Shown here: positions 41,352-50,999 of the stretch, piece by piece
Position numbering within the stretch: the stretch's first letter is position 1
Layout of the letters: every line of letters starts with the position of its first letter
Assembly (NCBI GenBank): GCA_031550085.1
Contig: JAVBOY010000003.1
Location: forward strand, 4,006 to 68,005
DNA: 64,000 nt
Direction: 5' to 3'
Source: Lentimicrobiaceae bacterium
Lineage (GTDB): Bacteria; Bacteroidota; Bacteroidia; Bacteroidales; UBA4417
Notes under the pieces: model-generated
The model's database searches: none
What the model saw: the letters and a program-made list of their open reading frames with translations, nothing else
What the model was told of the DNA's origin: nothing
Made by a program: the position numbers and the translations under genes

Positions 41352-43763
41352 TCATTCCAGAAAACTTACCTGGATAAAAATGTCGGTATTGCGCCCTTTA
41401 TCGTCGCTGCACGAGATTTTGATCCGCCCCTCCTGAGGTTCAAAAAATGCTTTCTCTGTGGGTTTGCAGGCTTGAAGGAGTTTGTCATTGATATACCAAA
41501 ATACCCGGTCTACATCGGGCGAAGCCGTACAGGCAAGAGCTAATTTTTGTTTTGCTTTTTTGTAAAGGATGTATTCTTTCCCTCCGGTAATGGATGTAAT
41601 GGCAGGCCCGGCTTCCTTGTACACCTTGGTACAGGCCGGATTGTGCGGAGGAATGGCTTTATAAGGAATGTGCTCGCTTTCGTAAAAGCTCAACAAATCG
41701 CCCGACATATTGGGATACATAGCTGTTTTATACCCCGCCGTGGGCAGGCAATTGCGGCAATAAGAAATGGTACTGTCGCTATTTACAAATACAGAAATCA
41801 AATGGTTGCATTTGCGGTTGGGTGAAACTCCGGGGATGTAAAAATCTACAATCCGGTGTTCGCAAAAATCGCTGGGCGGCAATCCGCTTTCACTGCACAC
41901 AAGCCGGAAATCAACCGAAGCCGGTTGTGAAAACCATTTTGTATTCTGCCGGATGTTAAGGATGTTAAATATTTTAAACAAAATGGGCGTAGCAAAATCC
42001 GAACCGTTCAATTCGGGGATTCCAATGCCGCTGAAATTGCCAACCCACACCCCAACGGTATAGTCTTTGTTATACCCGATACTCCAGGCATCCCGCCGGC
42101 CGTATGAAGTTCCCGTTTTCCAGGCAATGTGCGGCATGTGAATGCTGTTGTCAAAATTCTCCGGCAAATCGGGACGTTTCAAATTGGTCAATATTTCGGT
42201 AATCATCCATGCCGTGCCCTGACTAAAAGCCGTATCGGGCAGTATTTTTTGCTTGTGCTCGCTTTTTACCCATTGCAATGGTAGGCTGACTCCTTCGTGG
42301 GCAAAGCAGGAATAGGCCTGGGTTATTTCAGCCAAAGTAACGCCACAACCTCCCAACACGACCGAAAGTCCCAATTTCTGCTTATTTCTGGCGATCCAGC
42401 GAAACCCCAGTTTCCCCAAGCGTTCGTTGACAAAGTTGGCGCTCAATTGATTGGTCAAGCTCACCGCCGGAATGTTCAATGAGAGTTCCAAAGCGTGGTC
42501 AACCGGAAGTTTCCCACGGAATAATTCGTCGTAGTTTTGCGGGCGGTATCCGCCGAAATTTTGAGGAATATCCAATATAATGGTTTTGGGAGTGACCAAC
42601 CCCTTGTCAATGGCCAAGGCATAAACAAACGGTTTTAAGGCGCTTCCGGGCGAACGCAAGGAGATTACGCCGTCTACCTGCCCTTGAAACAAATCTTCAT
42701 CGAATCCGGCAGAACCCAAATAGGCGACAATGGCGTTGGTACGATTGTCAACCACAAGAACGGCCGCATTGGTAATTCCAAAACTACGGTAGCGGTTCAC
42801 TTCCGAGCGGACAATGTTTTGTACATTGTCCTGGTATTTCCGGTTGATAAACGACTGAATCAATGGCTTTTCAGGGAAGGTGTGCCGCATTCGAACAGCA
42901 AAGTGTGCCGCTTCCTTGGGCGCTTCGCGCCGGTAAGCATCCAACGGTTCGAGTTGTGCGTCGATGAGTTCGTCTTTGGAGAAAATCTTTTCTTTCTCCA
43001 AGCGCTTCAACCAGGCATTCCGCTCATCGACAATGCGTTTGTTATGGATTCCCAACCGTAAGTTATGCGGGTTGTTCGGAATAATCGCCAGCGTTACGGC
43101 CTGCGCCGGGCTTAAGGCTTCGGGCGCCTGCCCGAAATAAAGGTATGCCGCAGATTTGATTCCTTCGATGTTACCGCCATACGGCAGTAGATTTAAATAA
43201 AGTTCCAGAATTTCATTTTTGGTACAATGTACCTCCAGTTGAAATGCCCGGAACATTTCGATGATTTTGCTTTTGAACGTGCGTTCGCGGGGCTCCAGCA
43301 TACGAACACATTGCATGGTGATGGTCGACGCACCGGAAACTCGTTTTTGGTGTGTCAGGTTTTGCCATGTGGCACGGACGATAGCCATCGGGTTAACTCC
43401 GGGATGCCAACGGAACCATTTGTCTTCTTTCCAAAGGATGGTTTTTAAAAATTCGGGCGAAATTTCTTCTTTGGTAATTTTCATCCGCCACTTATCGTCT
43501 TTGGATAAGAAAGCATGTATCAACGTGTTGTCGTCCGCCAAAATTTGTTGCGAATAATCAATCTTAGCCCTAAAAGGAAACAAGAGATCAAGAAGAAAGA
43601 ACAGAAAGAAGATCGAAAAAATCGAAAGCAGCCCGACTCGTAAGTAGCGGGGCTGCTGCCGGAATTTTAAAACAAATTTTTTCGATTTTTCTTTGATCCA
43701 CCCCTGCCCTTGCTTTCCCTTCAAAAAGCAACGGGAACAGCCTTCTCCAAGTTTATTCATCAA
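41352..43763 (-). CDS. pbpC: Penicillin-binding protein 1C
   Basis: Contains an N-terminal TM helix, GT51 transglycosylase motifs (GASTITMQ, RKxxE-like), a transpeptidase SxxK (SPGSALK), and a C-terminal PBP1C-type beta domain. Confidence 0.85.
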   Translation of the reverse strand: MMNKLGEGCSRCFLKGKQGQGWIKEKSKKFVLKFRQQPRYLRVGLLSIFSIFFLFFLLDLLFPFRAKIDYSQQILADDNTLIHAFLSKDDKWRMKITKEEISPEFLKTILWKEDKWFRWHPGVNPMAIVRATWQNLTHQKRVSGASTITMQCVRMLEPRERTFKSKIIEMFRAFQLEVHCTKNEILELYLNLLPYGGNIEGIKSAAYLYFGQAPEALSPAQAVTLAIIPNNPHNLRLGIHNKRIVDERNAWLKRLEKEKIFSKDELIDAQLEPLDAYRREAPKEAAHFAVRMRHTFPEKPLIQSFINRKYQDNVQNIVRSEVNRYRSFGITNAAVLVVDNRTNAIVAYLGSAGFDEDLFQGQVDGVISLRSPGSALKPFVYALAIDKGLVTPKTIILDIPQNFGGYRPQNYDELFRGKLPVDHALELSLNIPAVSLTNQLSANFVNERLGKLGFRWIARNKQKLGLSVVLGGCGVTLAEITQAYSCFAHEGVSLPLQWVKSEHKQKILPDTAFSQGTAWMITEILTNLKRPDLPENFDNSIHMPHIAWKTGTSYGRRDAWSIGYNKDYTVGVWVGNFSGIGIPELNGSDFATPILFKIFNILNIRQNTKWFSQPASVDFRLVCSESGLPPSDFCEHRIVDFYIPGVSPNRKCNHLISVFVNSDSTISYCRNCLPTAGYKTAMYPNMSGDLLSFYESEHIPYKAIPPHNPACTKVYKEAGPAITSITGGKEYILYKKAKQKLALACTASPDVDRVFWYINDKLLQACKPTEKAFFEPQEGRIKISCSDDKGRNTDIFIQVSFLE

Positions 43764-43765
43764 TT

Positions 43766-44674
43766 TTACTTACATTCTCGTTCTATCAGTTCTTTGGCTT
43801 TTGCATAACCCAACTCCGAAGCCTTTTTCCAGTCCGGGCATTGCAGGTTGTCTTCTTTGGAATAATGAGCGACTCCCCGGTTAAAATAAGCGATGGCATT
43901 ATTGGGATTGATCGCAATTACTTCGGAAAAATCTTTCATGGCATGATCGTAATCTTTCAGCATCACATAACAGTTTCCCCGGTTCATCAACGATTCCTGA
44001 TCCCGGGGATTCAGTTCGACGGCTTTTGTAAACGACTGGATGGCTTCTTTGTAAAGCTGTAAAGCGGCTTGAGAAGTTCCGATGTTGTAATGAATGACCG
44101 GCAATTGGGGATTCAGCTCGAGAACTTTTTGATAGTATTTGATGGCTTCCTGATGCTTGTCGGAAAGAGCATTGACCACACCCAAGCTGTAATAGGCATC
44201 TGTGAAGTTTTTATCTATCGAAATGGTTTTTTCAAAATCCGCTACTGCTTTTGCGGTTTGTTTGAGTTGTTCGTAAGTTTTTCCCCGGTAATAGTAATAA
44301 TCGGCTTGATTCGGCGCCAATGAAATGGCTTTTGTTAAATCTTTTTCAGCGCCTGCATAATCTCTGGCATCAAATTTCAGTCGTCCTCTTGAATAATAGG
44401 ACTTTGCGTCATTCGGATCTTTTGCAAGGGCATCGTTTAGTTCCGCCAAAGATCTTGGGCTTGCAGCTACATCAGCAGGATTTCCGGGATTGGCAGTGGG
44501 AGTCAACACATCGGTTATCGGTATGTTTGTCAGGCTTTGTTCCGTGCCTTGTTTGGTCGAATCCCCTGTCGACTGCGTTGCCGCTTTATTGTCGGTTTTG
44601 TTGTTGTTTTTGCAGGATATTACAAATACCATGAAGAACAAAGCGATCCAAAAGGTATACTGGTTCTTTTTCAT
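43766..44674 (-). CDS. TPR-repeat lipoprotein
   Basis: The lipobox is FVISC. At least five TPR units are present (AKSYYSRGRLKF..., ADYYYYRGKTYE..., AIAYFNRGVAHY). Confidence 0.8.
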   Translation of the reverse strand: MKKNQYTFWIALFFMVFVISCKNNNKTDNKAATQSTGDSTKQGTEQSLTNIPITDVLTPTANPGNPADVAASPRSLAELNDALAKDPNDAKSYYSRGRLKFDARDYAGAEKDLTKAISLAPNQADYYYYRGKTYEQLKQTAKAVADFEKTISIDKNFTDAYYSLGVVNALSDKHQEAIKYYQKVLELNPQLPVIHYNIGTSQAALQLYKEAIQSFTKAVELNPRDQESLMNRGNCYVMLKDYDHAMKDFSEVIAINPNNAIAYFNRGVAHYSKEDNLQCPDWKKASELGYAKAKELIERECK

Positions 44675-44698
44675 TTTAATGCGATGCTATTTTTACGT

Positions 44699-45895
44699 TC
44701 AATTTTCTAGAATTTTTTCACGTGTGTCAACCGGAATGATCGACGAGCGTTGCTCGGTCGACGAATCAAACAGTTTCCGGTAAGTAATATGGCGCTTGGC
44801 AAAGGTTGCGCCCACCGATTCGTGAAGTTGGCGCATTTTGGGATTGAAATCGCCTACCCATGAAAGTTCGATCTCGGTGTAATCGGGTTTTCGTCTCATC
44901 ACTTCATTCATGTGCCAAAACAAAGCGGATTCGATCCCGGATTTTTGAAATTTGGGTTTTACGCCCATAATAACGATGCGGGAGCGTGTAAATTTCTTTT
45001 CCGATCTGGGCGCCAGTAAAAATTGCAGTTTGTTCCAAAAGTCGGTTTTCCCGTTTAGGATCCGGATCTTTTGATTTAAATCAGGAATCATGATCTCGAA
45101 TGCAATCGGCTCGCCCTGATGGAATGCAAACCAAATAAATTCGGGAATCATAAACGCTTTCATAGAAGTAAGAGCCTTCTTAATGGCATCGAACGTCATA
45201 GGCACAAAGTTCTCATGAAACTGCCAGGCATCATTGTATATTTCGGAAAAAGCTTTTGCATAGCGTTCTTCGTTATTGGGATCAAAATGTTCACAGGAAT
45301 ACTCTTCTTTCCGGCGCACCCAATCGGCTATTTTCCAAAAGCGTTCGGGAAATGGTTTGGTTAAATCCAAATGATTGCTGATTTGCTCAAAATAAAATTG
45401 GAATCCGTAATTTTCAAACAAATTTTTATAGTACGGCGGATTGTAGTTCATTCCAAAACTTTGCGGCATAAAACCTTCAACCAGGAGCCCCCAAAAATTG
45501 TCGTTTTCGCCAAAGTTGATCGGCCCATCCATGGCTTGCATTCCTTGCGCCTGATTCCATTGGCGGGCAATATCGAATAGTTGGAATGCTGCTTCTTGAT
45601 CGTTGATGCACTCAAAAAAACCGATTCCTCCGGTAGGCTGCTGAAATGTATACGCTTTCTTTCGGTTTACAAAGGCCGCAATCCGCCCGACCAACTGATC
45701 GTTTTCATCCGTTAAAATCCAACGGCAAGCTGCGCCGTGTGAGAAAAATTCATTTCGATCCGGTGAAAAAATCCCTTCAATAATGGAATCAAGCGGACAA
45801 ACGTAGTTTTTGTCGTTTTTATACAACACACGGGGTGTATCTAAAAAACGTTTTGCCAATTTTTTATTCGTAACCTCAAGTAAGTTATATTTCAT
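44699..45895 (-). CDS. GNAT-fold protein of unknown function
   Basis: 398 aa. The pattern VGRIAAFVN...GGIGFFECINDQEAA...MDGPINFGENDNFWGLLVEGF is typical of an uncharacterised GNAT-like family. Confidence 0.55.
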   Translation of the reverse strand: MKYNLLEVTNKKLAKRFLDTPRVLYKNDKNYVCPLDSIIEGIFSPDRNEFFSHGAACRWILTDENDQLVGRIAAFVNRKKAYTFQQPTGGIGFFECINDQEAAFQLFDIARQWNQAQGMQAMDGPINFGENDNFWGLLVEGFMPQSFGMNYNPPYYKNLFENYGFQFYFEQISNHLDLTKPFPERFWKIADWVRRKEEYSCEHFDPNNEERYAKAFSEIYNDAWQFHENFVPMTFDAIKKALTSMKAFMIPEFIWFAFHQGEPIAFEIMIPDLNQKIRILNGKTDFWNKLQFLLAPRSEKKFTRSRIVIMGVKPKFQKSGIESALFWHMNEVMRRKPDYTEIELSWVGDFNPKMRQLHESVGATFAKRHITYRKLFDSSTEQRSSIIPVDTREKILEN

Positions 45896-46123
45896 GGACC
45901 GATTTTTGAGGCAAATGTATCAAAAATTCTCTCTGAAATTGCAGTACAAAAATAGGGCCGAACGTTTTCTTGGGGTGCCAACCCCAAAAATCAAGCTCCT
46001 GATTTAAAGGGGGAAAAAGAAGACAGGGATTGAATCAAAAAGATACCCATGGGGCCCCAAAGGTCTTTAACAGACAGGATTAACTATTTTTCCGATTTTT
46101 TTGATTCTTCTGAAAAGAGCATG

Positions 46124-47116
46124 TTACTTGCCAGTCAATATTTTTTCGATTTTTTGCAATTCGTCTTCCCGGAACGTTAAGTTTTGCAAGGATTTTAAGT
46201 TTATTTCAAGCTGGGAAACCGAACTGGCTCCGATCAACACCGACGTAACCCGCTCGTCTTTCAAAAGCCAGGCAATAGACATTTGAGCTAACGTTTGGTT
46301 ACGTTTTTTTGCGATTTCATTTAGCAGCTTGATTTTAGGAAGAACTGCTTTTACTTTTTCTTCATTCAAAAACATATTGGCTTTTACGACCCGCGAATCG
46401 GCCGGAACTCCCGACAAATAGCGGTCGGTAAGCAAGCCCTGGGCCAAAGGGGAAAAAGCAATGCAGCCCAGTTTGTTGTTTTCGAGCGTGTTCAGCAATT
46501 CTTTTTCCACCCAGCGATCCAACATGCTATAGCGGGGCTGGTGGATAATAAATGGTGTTCCTGTTTTCTTCAAAAGATCTGCCGCTTTTTGAGTTGCATC
46601 TGCCGGGTAATTTGAAATTCCCACGTAAAGCGCTTTCCCTTGCCGCACTAGCAAATCCAGTGTATGCATGGTTTCTTCCATCGGCGTATTGGGATCGGGG
46701 CGATGATGATAAAAAATATCCACATAATCCAGTTTCATGCGCTGCAAGCTTTGATTGAGACTGGCGACCAGATATTTTTTCGAACCCCAATCCCCATAAG
46801 GCCCTGGCCACATAGAATGTCCGGCTTTAGTCGAAACAATCAGTTCGTCGCGGTGCGATTTTAAATCCGAATTCAAAACTTTGCCGAAATTTTCTTCAGC
46901 GCTTCCAGCCGGAACACCGTAATTGTTCGCCAGATCAAAATGGGTAACGCCGTGGTCAAACGCTTTGAGAAGAATTTCACGGACAAGCTCAAAGGGTTGG
47001 GTGTAACCAAAATTCTGCCACAACCCTAACGAAATGGCGGGTAATAGTAAACCGCTATCTCCGCAGCGTCTGTAAAGCATTTCTGTATATCGGGACGAAG
47101 CCGGAATGTAATTCAT
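46124..47116 (-). CDS. yghZ: Aldo/keto reductase, L-glyceraldehyde-3-phosphate reductase (YghZ-like)
   Basis: It aligns by eye along its full length to E. coli YghZ (YRRCGDSGLLLPAISLGLW, THFDLANNYG, VTSVLIGAS). Confidence 0.8.
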   Translation of the reverse strand: MNYIPASSRYTEMLYRRCGDSGLLLPAISLGLWQNFGYTQPFELVREILLKAFDHGVTHFDLANNYGVPAGSAEENFGKVLNSDLKSHRDELIVSTKAGHSMWPGPYGDWGSKKYLVASLNQSLQRMKLDYVDIFYHHRPDPNTPMEETMHTLDLLVRQGKALYVGISNYPADATQKAADLLKKTGTPFIIHQPRYSMLDRWVEKELLNTLENNKLGCIAFSPLAQGLLTDRYLSGVPADSRVVKANMFLNEEKVKAVLPKIKLLNEIAKKRNQTLAQMSIAWLLKDERVTSVLIGASSVSQLEINLKSLQNLTFREDELQKIEKILTGK

Positions 47117-47282
47117 GATTATTTTTAATTTTTATTATGTAACAGTCAAAGGTAACACAACCCGTTGACAATCGGCATGATTTTTTATTCAACCCTTGAA
47201 CCATACAACTGGTTTCACGTTTTTAGAGATTCACCTTGTATGGAATTTACGATATACAAACCTGATTTTTACCAAAAAGTTT

Positions 47283-47290
47283 TACTTTTG
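47283..47290 (+). promoter_or_regulatory. Bacteroidota -7 promoter box (TACTTTTG) only 5 nt upstream of the glyQS ATG
   Basis: Exact TAnnTTTG match at 47283-47290; the ATG is at 47296. Confidence 0.4.
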
Positions 47291-47295
47291 CAGGC

Positions 47296-48819
47296 ATGGC
47301 ACAGAATGAAGACGTTTTTAAAAAAATAATTTCCCATGCCAAAGAGTATGGGTTTGTATTCCAATCGAGTGAAATCTACGATGGGTTAAGTGCGGTCTAC
47401 GACTACGCACAAAACGGTGTTGAACTCAAAAACAACATCAAACAATATTGGTGGAAATCGATGGTGCAAATGCACGAAAATATTGTTGGCATCGATTCGG
47501 CAATTTTTATGCATCCCACCATTTGGAAAGCTTCCGGGCACGTGGATGCTTTCAACGATCCGCTGATCGATAACAAGGATTCCAAAAAGCGTTACCGCGC
47601 CGATGTATTGATTGAAGAATACCTCGAAAAACAAAACGACAAAATTGAAAAAGAGGTTGAAAAAGCAGCCAAACGGTTTGGTGATGCCTTCGACCGGCAG
47701 CAATTTGTAAGTACCAATGCGCGGGTTTTGGAATACCGGGCAAAAATAGACACGGTGCATACACGTTTTGTAAAGGCTATGGAAACCAGCGATTTGGCTG
47801 AAGTAAAAAAAATCATTGAAGATTGCGAAATCGTTTGCCCCGTCAGCGGGTCCCGGAACTGGACCGAGGTTCGGCAATTCAACCTGATGTTTTCAACCCA
47901 AATGGGTTCCGTGAGTGAAGATGCTTCTACCCTGTATTTGCGTCCCGAAACAGCCCAAGGTATTTTTGTCAATTACCTCAATGTACAAAAAACCGGGCGG
48001 ATGAAGATCCCGTTTGGGATTGCACAAACCGGCAAAGCATTCCGGAATGAAATCGTAGCCCGGCAGTTTATTTTCCGCATGCGTGAATTCGAACAAATGG
48101 AAATGCAGTTTTTTGTACGCCCCGGAACCGAAATGGAGTGGTTCGAATATTGGAAAAAAACGCGTCTGGATTGGCATTTGGCTTTGGGAATCCCGGTTGA
48201 AAAATACCGTTACCATCCGCACGATAAGCTGGCGCACTATGCGAATGCAGCTTGCGATATTGAGTTTGAGTTTGCTTTCGGCTTCAAAGAACTGGAAGGC
48301 ATTCACTCGCGCACCGATTTCGATTTGTCGCAACACCAAAAATTTTCCGGAAAAAAATTGCAATATTTTGATCCCGAATTAAACGAAAATTATGTTCCTT
48401 ACGTTATAGAAACATCGATTGGTTTGGATCGTACATTTTTAACCGTTTTAAGCCATGCTTATTGCGAAGAAAAGTTAGAAGACGGTTCGGAACGTGTGGT
48501 CATGCGCATTCCGGGGATTTTGGCCCCCATTAAGTGTGCCGTTCTTCCGCTGGTTGCTAAAGACGGCCTGCCTGAAAAAGCGCGTGAAATTTTAAGTATC
48601 CTGATGCCTGACTTTATGTGCCAGTATGAAGAAAAAGATTCGATCGGGAAACGTTACCGACGCCACGATGCCATTGGAACGCCTTATTGCGTCACGATTG
48701 ACCATCAGACGTTACAAGACAACATGGTTACCATCCGTCATCGCGACACCATGGAGCAACATCGTATCCCTGTTGAAAAAATAGCAGAAACTTTACGCGA
48801 CGCTATTCGTTTAAATTAG
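47296..48819 (+). CDS. glyQS: Glycine--tRNA ligase (alpha2 dimeric type)
   Basis: 507 aa. Class II motifs and a C-terminal anticodon-binding domain are present (YLRPETAQGIF, FRNEI, RHRDTME). Confidence 0.93.
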   Translation: MAQNEDVFKKIISHAKEYGFVFQSSEIYDGLSAVYDYAQNGVELKNNIKQYWWKSMVQMHENIVGIDSAIFMHPTIWKASGHVDAFNDPLIDNKDSKKRYRADVLIEEYLEKQNDKIEKEVEKAAKRFGDAFDRQQFVSTNARVLEYRAKIDTVHTRFVKAMETSDLAEVKKIIEDCEIVCPVSGSRNWTEVRQFNLMFSTQMGSVSEDASTLYLRPETAQGIFVNYLNVQKTGRMKIPFGIAQTGKAFRNEIVARQFIFRMREFEQMEMQFFVRPGTEMEWFEYWKKTRLDWHLALGIPVEKYRYHPHDKLAHYANAACDIEFEFAFGFKELEGIHSRTDFDLSQHQKFSGKKLQYFDPELNENYVPYVIETSIGLDRTFLTVLSHAYCEEKLEDGSERVVMRIPGILAPIKCAVLPLVAKDGLPEKAREILSILMPDFMCQYEEKDSIGKRYRRHDAIGTPYCVTIDHQTLQDNMVTIRHRDTMEQHRIPVEKIAETLRDAIRLN

Positions 48820-48869
48820 ACTACTTTTTATCGTAATTTTTGTTATCCAACATTTAATTTTTTCAAAAA

Positions 48870-49769
48870 ATGGAATCAAAGCCCTCAACCCTTGGATATA
48901 AAATTGTGATTGGCCTTATGGCTGTGGCTATTGTCGTGCTTGCGTGGATGCTGGTTTCTACCCATAACCGGCTGGCGGAAGAACGAAGCCATGTAACGAT
49001 TTCCGAAGAACAAAAGACGAATTTGCAATCGGAATTAGATTCTTTGGTCGCCAATCACGAAAAACTGAAATTGGAAAATTCCAATTTGACCGGAAAACTT
49101 TCGAGTAAAGATTCGATTATTCAAAAAAACGCTACTGAAATCCGCAAATTGATTAATTCAAGAGCGGAATTGACGCAAGTAAAGAAAAAGCTGGAAGAGT
49201 TCAAAAGAATCACAAAAGGCTACGAATCGCAAATTGATTCGTTGCAAATGGTTACCCGCCAGTTGCGGAGTGAAAACGAGCAAATTAAAATCGTTTATCA
49301 AAACGAACAGCGGAAAAATACCGAACTAAGCAAAGAAAAAGAAGACCTAACTTCAAAAATTTCGGCGGCAAAAATTCTGAAAGCCTATAAGATTACAGCC
49401 GTCGGATTGCGTTCGGGAAGCGGAAAAGAACGAGAAACAGATAAGGCGTCATCAACCGAAAAAATTAAAGTTTGTTTTACCATCAGCGAAAACAAACTGA
49501 TTACCGAAGGTTATGAACGCTTGTTTGTCCGCATTGCTCGGCCGGGCGATAATTTGATTTTAACCCGCGGTTCAAATTATACCTGGACCTATAAGGGAGA
49601 AATCATGCAATTTTCGTCGATGGAGACGCTGAATTATGAGGGCGAAGCCGTTGATGTTTGCACCTATTTTGAAAAGCCCGCATCGATGGATCTTCCTAAA
49701 GGGCGTTACTTTGTAACCGTCTTTACGCAAGACCGTGAAATCGGTGAAGGAAGTTTTGAGTTGAAATAG
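48870..49769 (+). CDS. Membrane-anchored coiled-coil protein with a C-terminal beta-rich domain (hypothetical)
   Basis: It has one N-terminal TM helix (IVIGLMAVAIVVLAWMLV), about 150 aa of heptad repeats, and then a roughly 110-aa beta-rich domain. Confidence 0.6.
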   Translation: MESKPSTLGYKIVIGLMAVAIVVLAWMLVSTHNRLAEERSHVTISEEQKTNLQSELDSLVANHEKLKLENSNLTGKLSSKDSIIQKNATEIRKLINSRAELTQVKKKLEEFKRITKGYESQIDSLQMVTRQLRSENEQIKIVYQNEQRKNTELSKEKEDLTSKISAAKILKAYKITAVGLRSGSGKERETDKASSTEKIKVCFTISENKLITEGYERLFVRIARPGDNLILTRGSNYTWTYKGEIMQFSSMETLNYEGEAVDVCTYFEKPASMDLPKGRYFVTVFTQDREIGEGSFELK

Positions 49770-49800
49770 TCGCTTCAAGTTTCTTTGTAAAAGCTTACAA

Positions 49801-49845
49801 ATGCCTTCCGAAGACCCATTTATGTGGGATCGGAAGGCATTTTTG
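49801..49845 (+). terminator. Rho-independent terminator
   Basis: A long hairpin pairs atgccttccga with tcggaaggcat, with an inner cccat/gtggg pairing, followed by ttttt. Confidence 0.85.
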
Positions 49846-50011
49846 ACAGATATCTCCTTTCGGACAAAAAACTTTTCTGCGCTGTTTATTTGTTAAAACC
49901 GTGTTGATTTCCAGATAGACAAAGAAAAAAAATAATTCCAAGCGTTTATTTTTTCAAAAAATTTGGTCAGATTAAATTTTTGATTTTACTTTGCATTTCA
50001 AAGTGCTTTTT

Positions 50012-50623
50012 ATGAAAACGTCCCGACAAGAATTAGAAGCCCTAAACGACATCCGGTCCATGATGGAACGAAGCAGTCGTTTTATTAGTTTGAGCGGTTG
50101 GAGCGGAGTTTCCGCCGGTTGTTGCGCTTTAATCGGCGCCACTTTTGCGTATCCGATTGTCGCCAAACGCCACGAATTAGAAGTTTACTACTCCAATTCC
50201 GAAACCAATACGCTGCTGCTTATTGCGGCATGTACATTTGTCGCGGCTTTTGCATCGGCATTTTTCTTCACGTATATCAAGAGTAAAAAAAGTAATATTC
50301 CCATTTGGAGCAATACCAGCAAACGGTTGCTGTGGAGTGTTTTCGTCCCGATGGCTGTGGGAGGTGCGTTTTTGCTTCGCATGATTGGTTTGGGCATTTT
50401 CGGATTGGTGGCGCCGGGTTGTCTCCTTTTTTACGGAATCGCTTTGGTAGCCGGAAGCCGCCAAACCTTAACCGAAATTAAATACCTGGGTTATGCCGAA
50501 ATCATTGTAGGCTTCTTTTCTCTCTGGAAAATCGGATATGGATTTTATTTTTGGGTCATCGGATTTGGAATTTTCCACATCATTTATGGCATTTGGATGT
50601 GGAAGAAATATGAAAAGCAATGA
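50012..50623 (+). CDS. Polytopic membrane protein (hypothetical)
   Basis: It has about five predicted TM helices. Its stop overlaps the start of the downstream regulator (ATGA). Confidence 0.6.
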   Translation: MKTSRQELEALNDIRSMMERSSRFISLSGWSGVSAGCCALIGATFAYPIVAKRHELEVYYSNSETNTLLLIAACTFVAAFASAFFFTYIKSKKSNIPIWSNTSKRLLWSVFVPMAVGGAFLLRMIGLGIFGLVAPGCLLFYGIALVAGSRQTLTEIKYLGYAEIIVGFFSLWKIGYGFYFWVIGFGIFHIIYGIWMWKKYEKQ

Positions 50624-50913
50624 ATGTAAACGACTTAAACAAAACGTTCGATAACCGGGTACGACTGGGCATTATGAGTGCGTTGGCGGTAAATGTAACC
50701 TTGGATTTCAACACCTTGAAAGAGTTGTTGCAAATTACCGACGGCAATTTGGCATCACACCTGAAAAGCTTGGAGGAAGCGAAATACATCGAGGTAAAAA
50801 AAGGATTTATCGGACGTAAAACGAATACCACTTACTCCATCAGTCACGAAGGCGAAAAAGCCTTCAAAAGTCATTTGGATGTACTTGAAAATTTGATAAA
50901 AACAATACGTTAA
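50620..50913 (+). CDS. Winged-helix transcriptional regulator
   Basis: 97 aa. Contains RLGIMSAL...LKELLQITDGNLASHLKSLEEAKYIEVKK, an ArsR/PadR-like wHTH pattern. Confidence 0.75.
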   Translation: MNVNDLNKTFDNRVRLGIMSALAVNVTLDFNTLKELLQITDGNLASHLKSLEEAKYIEVKKGFIGRKTNTTYSISHEGEKAFKSHLDVLENLIKTIR

Positions 50914-50999
50914 TTTTTTTTGTTTATTCGCTTTGAAAAACAAAGTACTTTTTATTTAAAACACAATCTTCATACACGAACAATTAATTTACTACAAAA

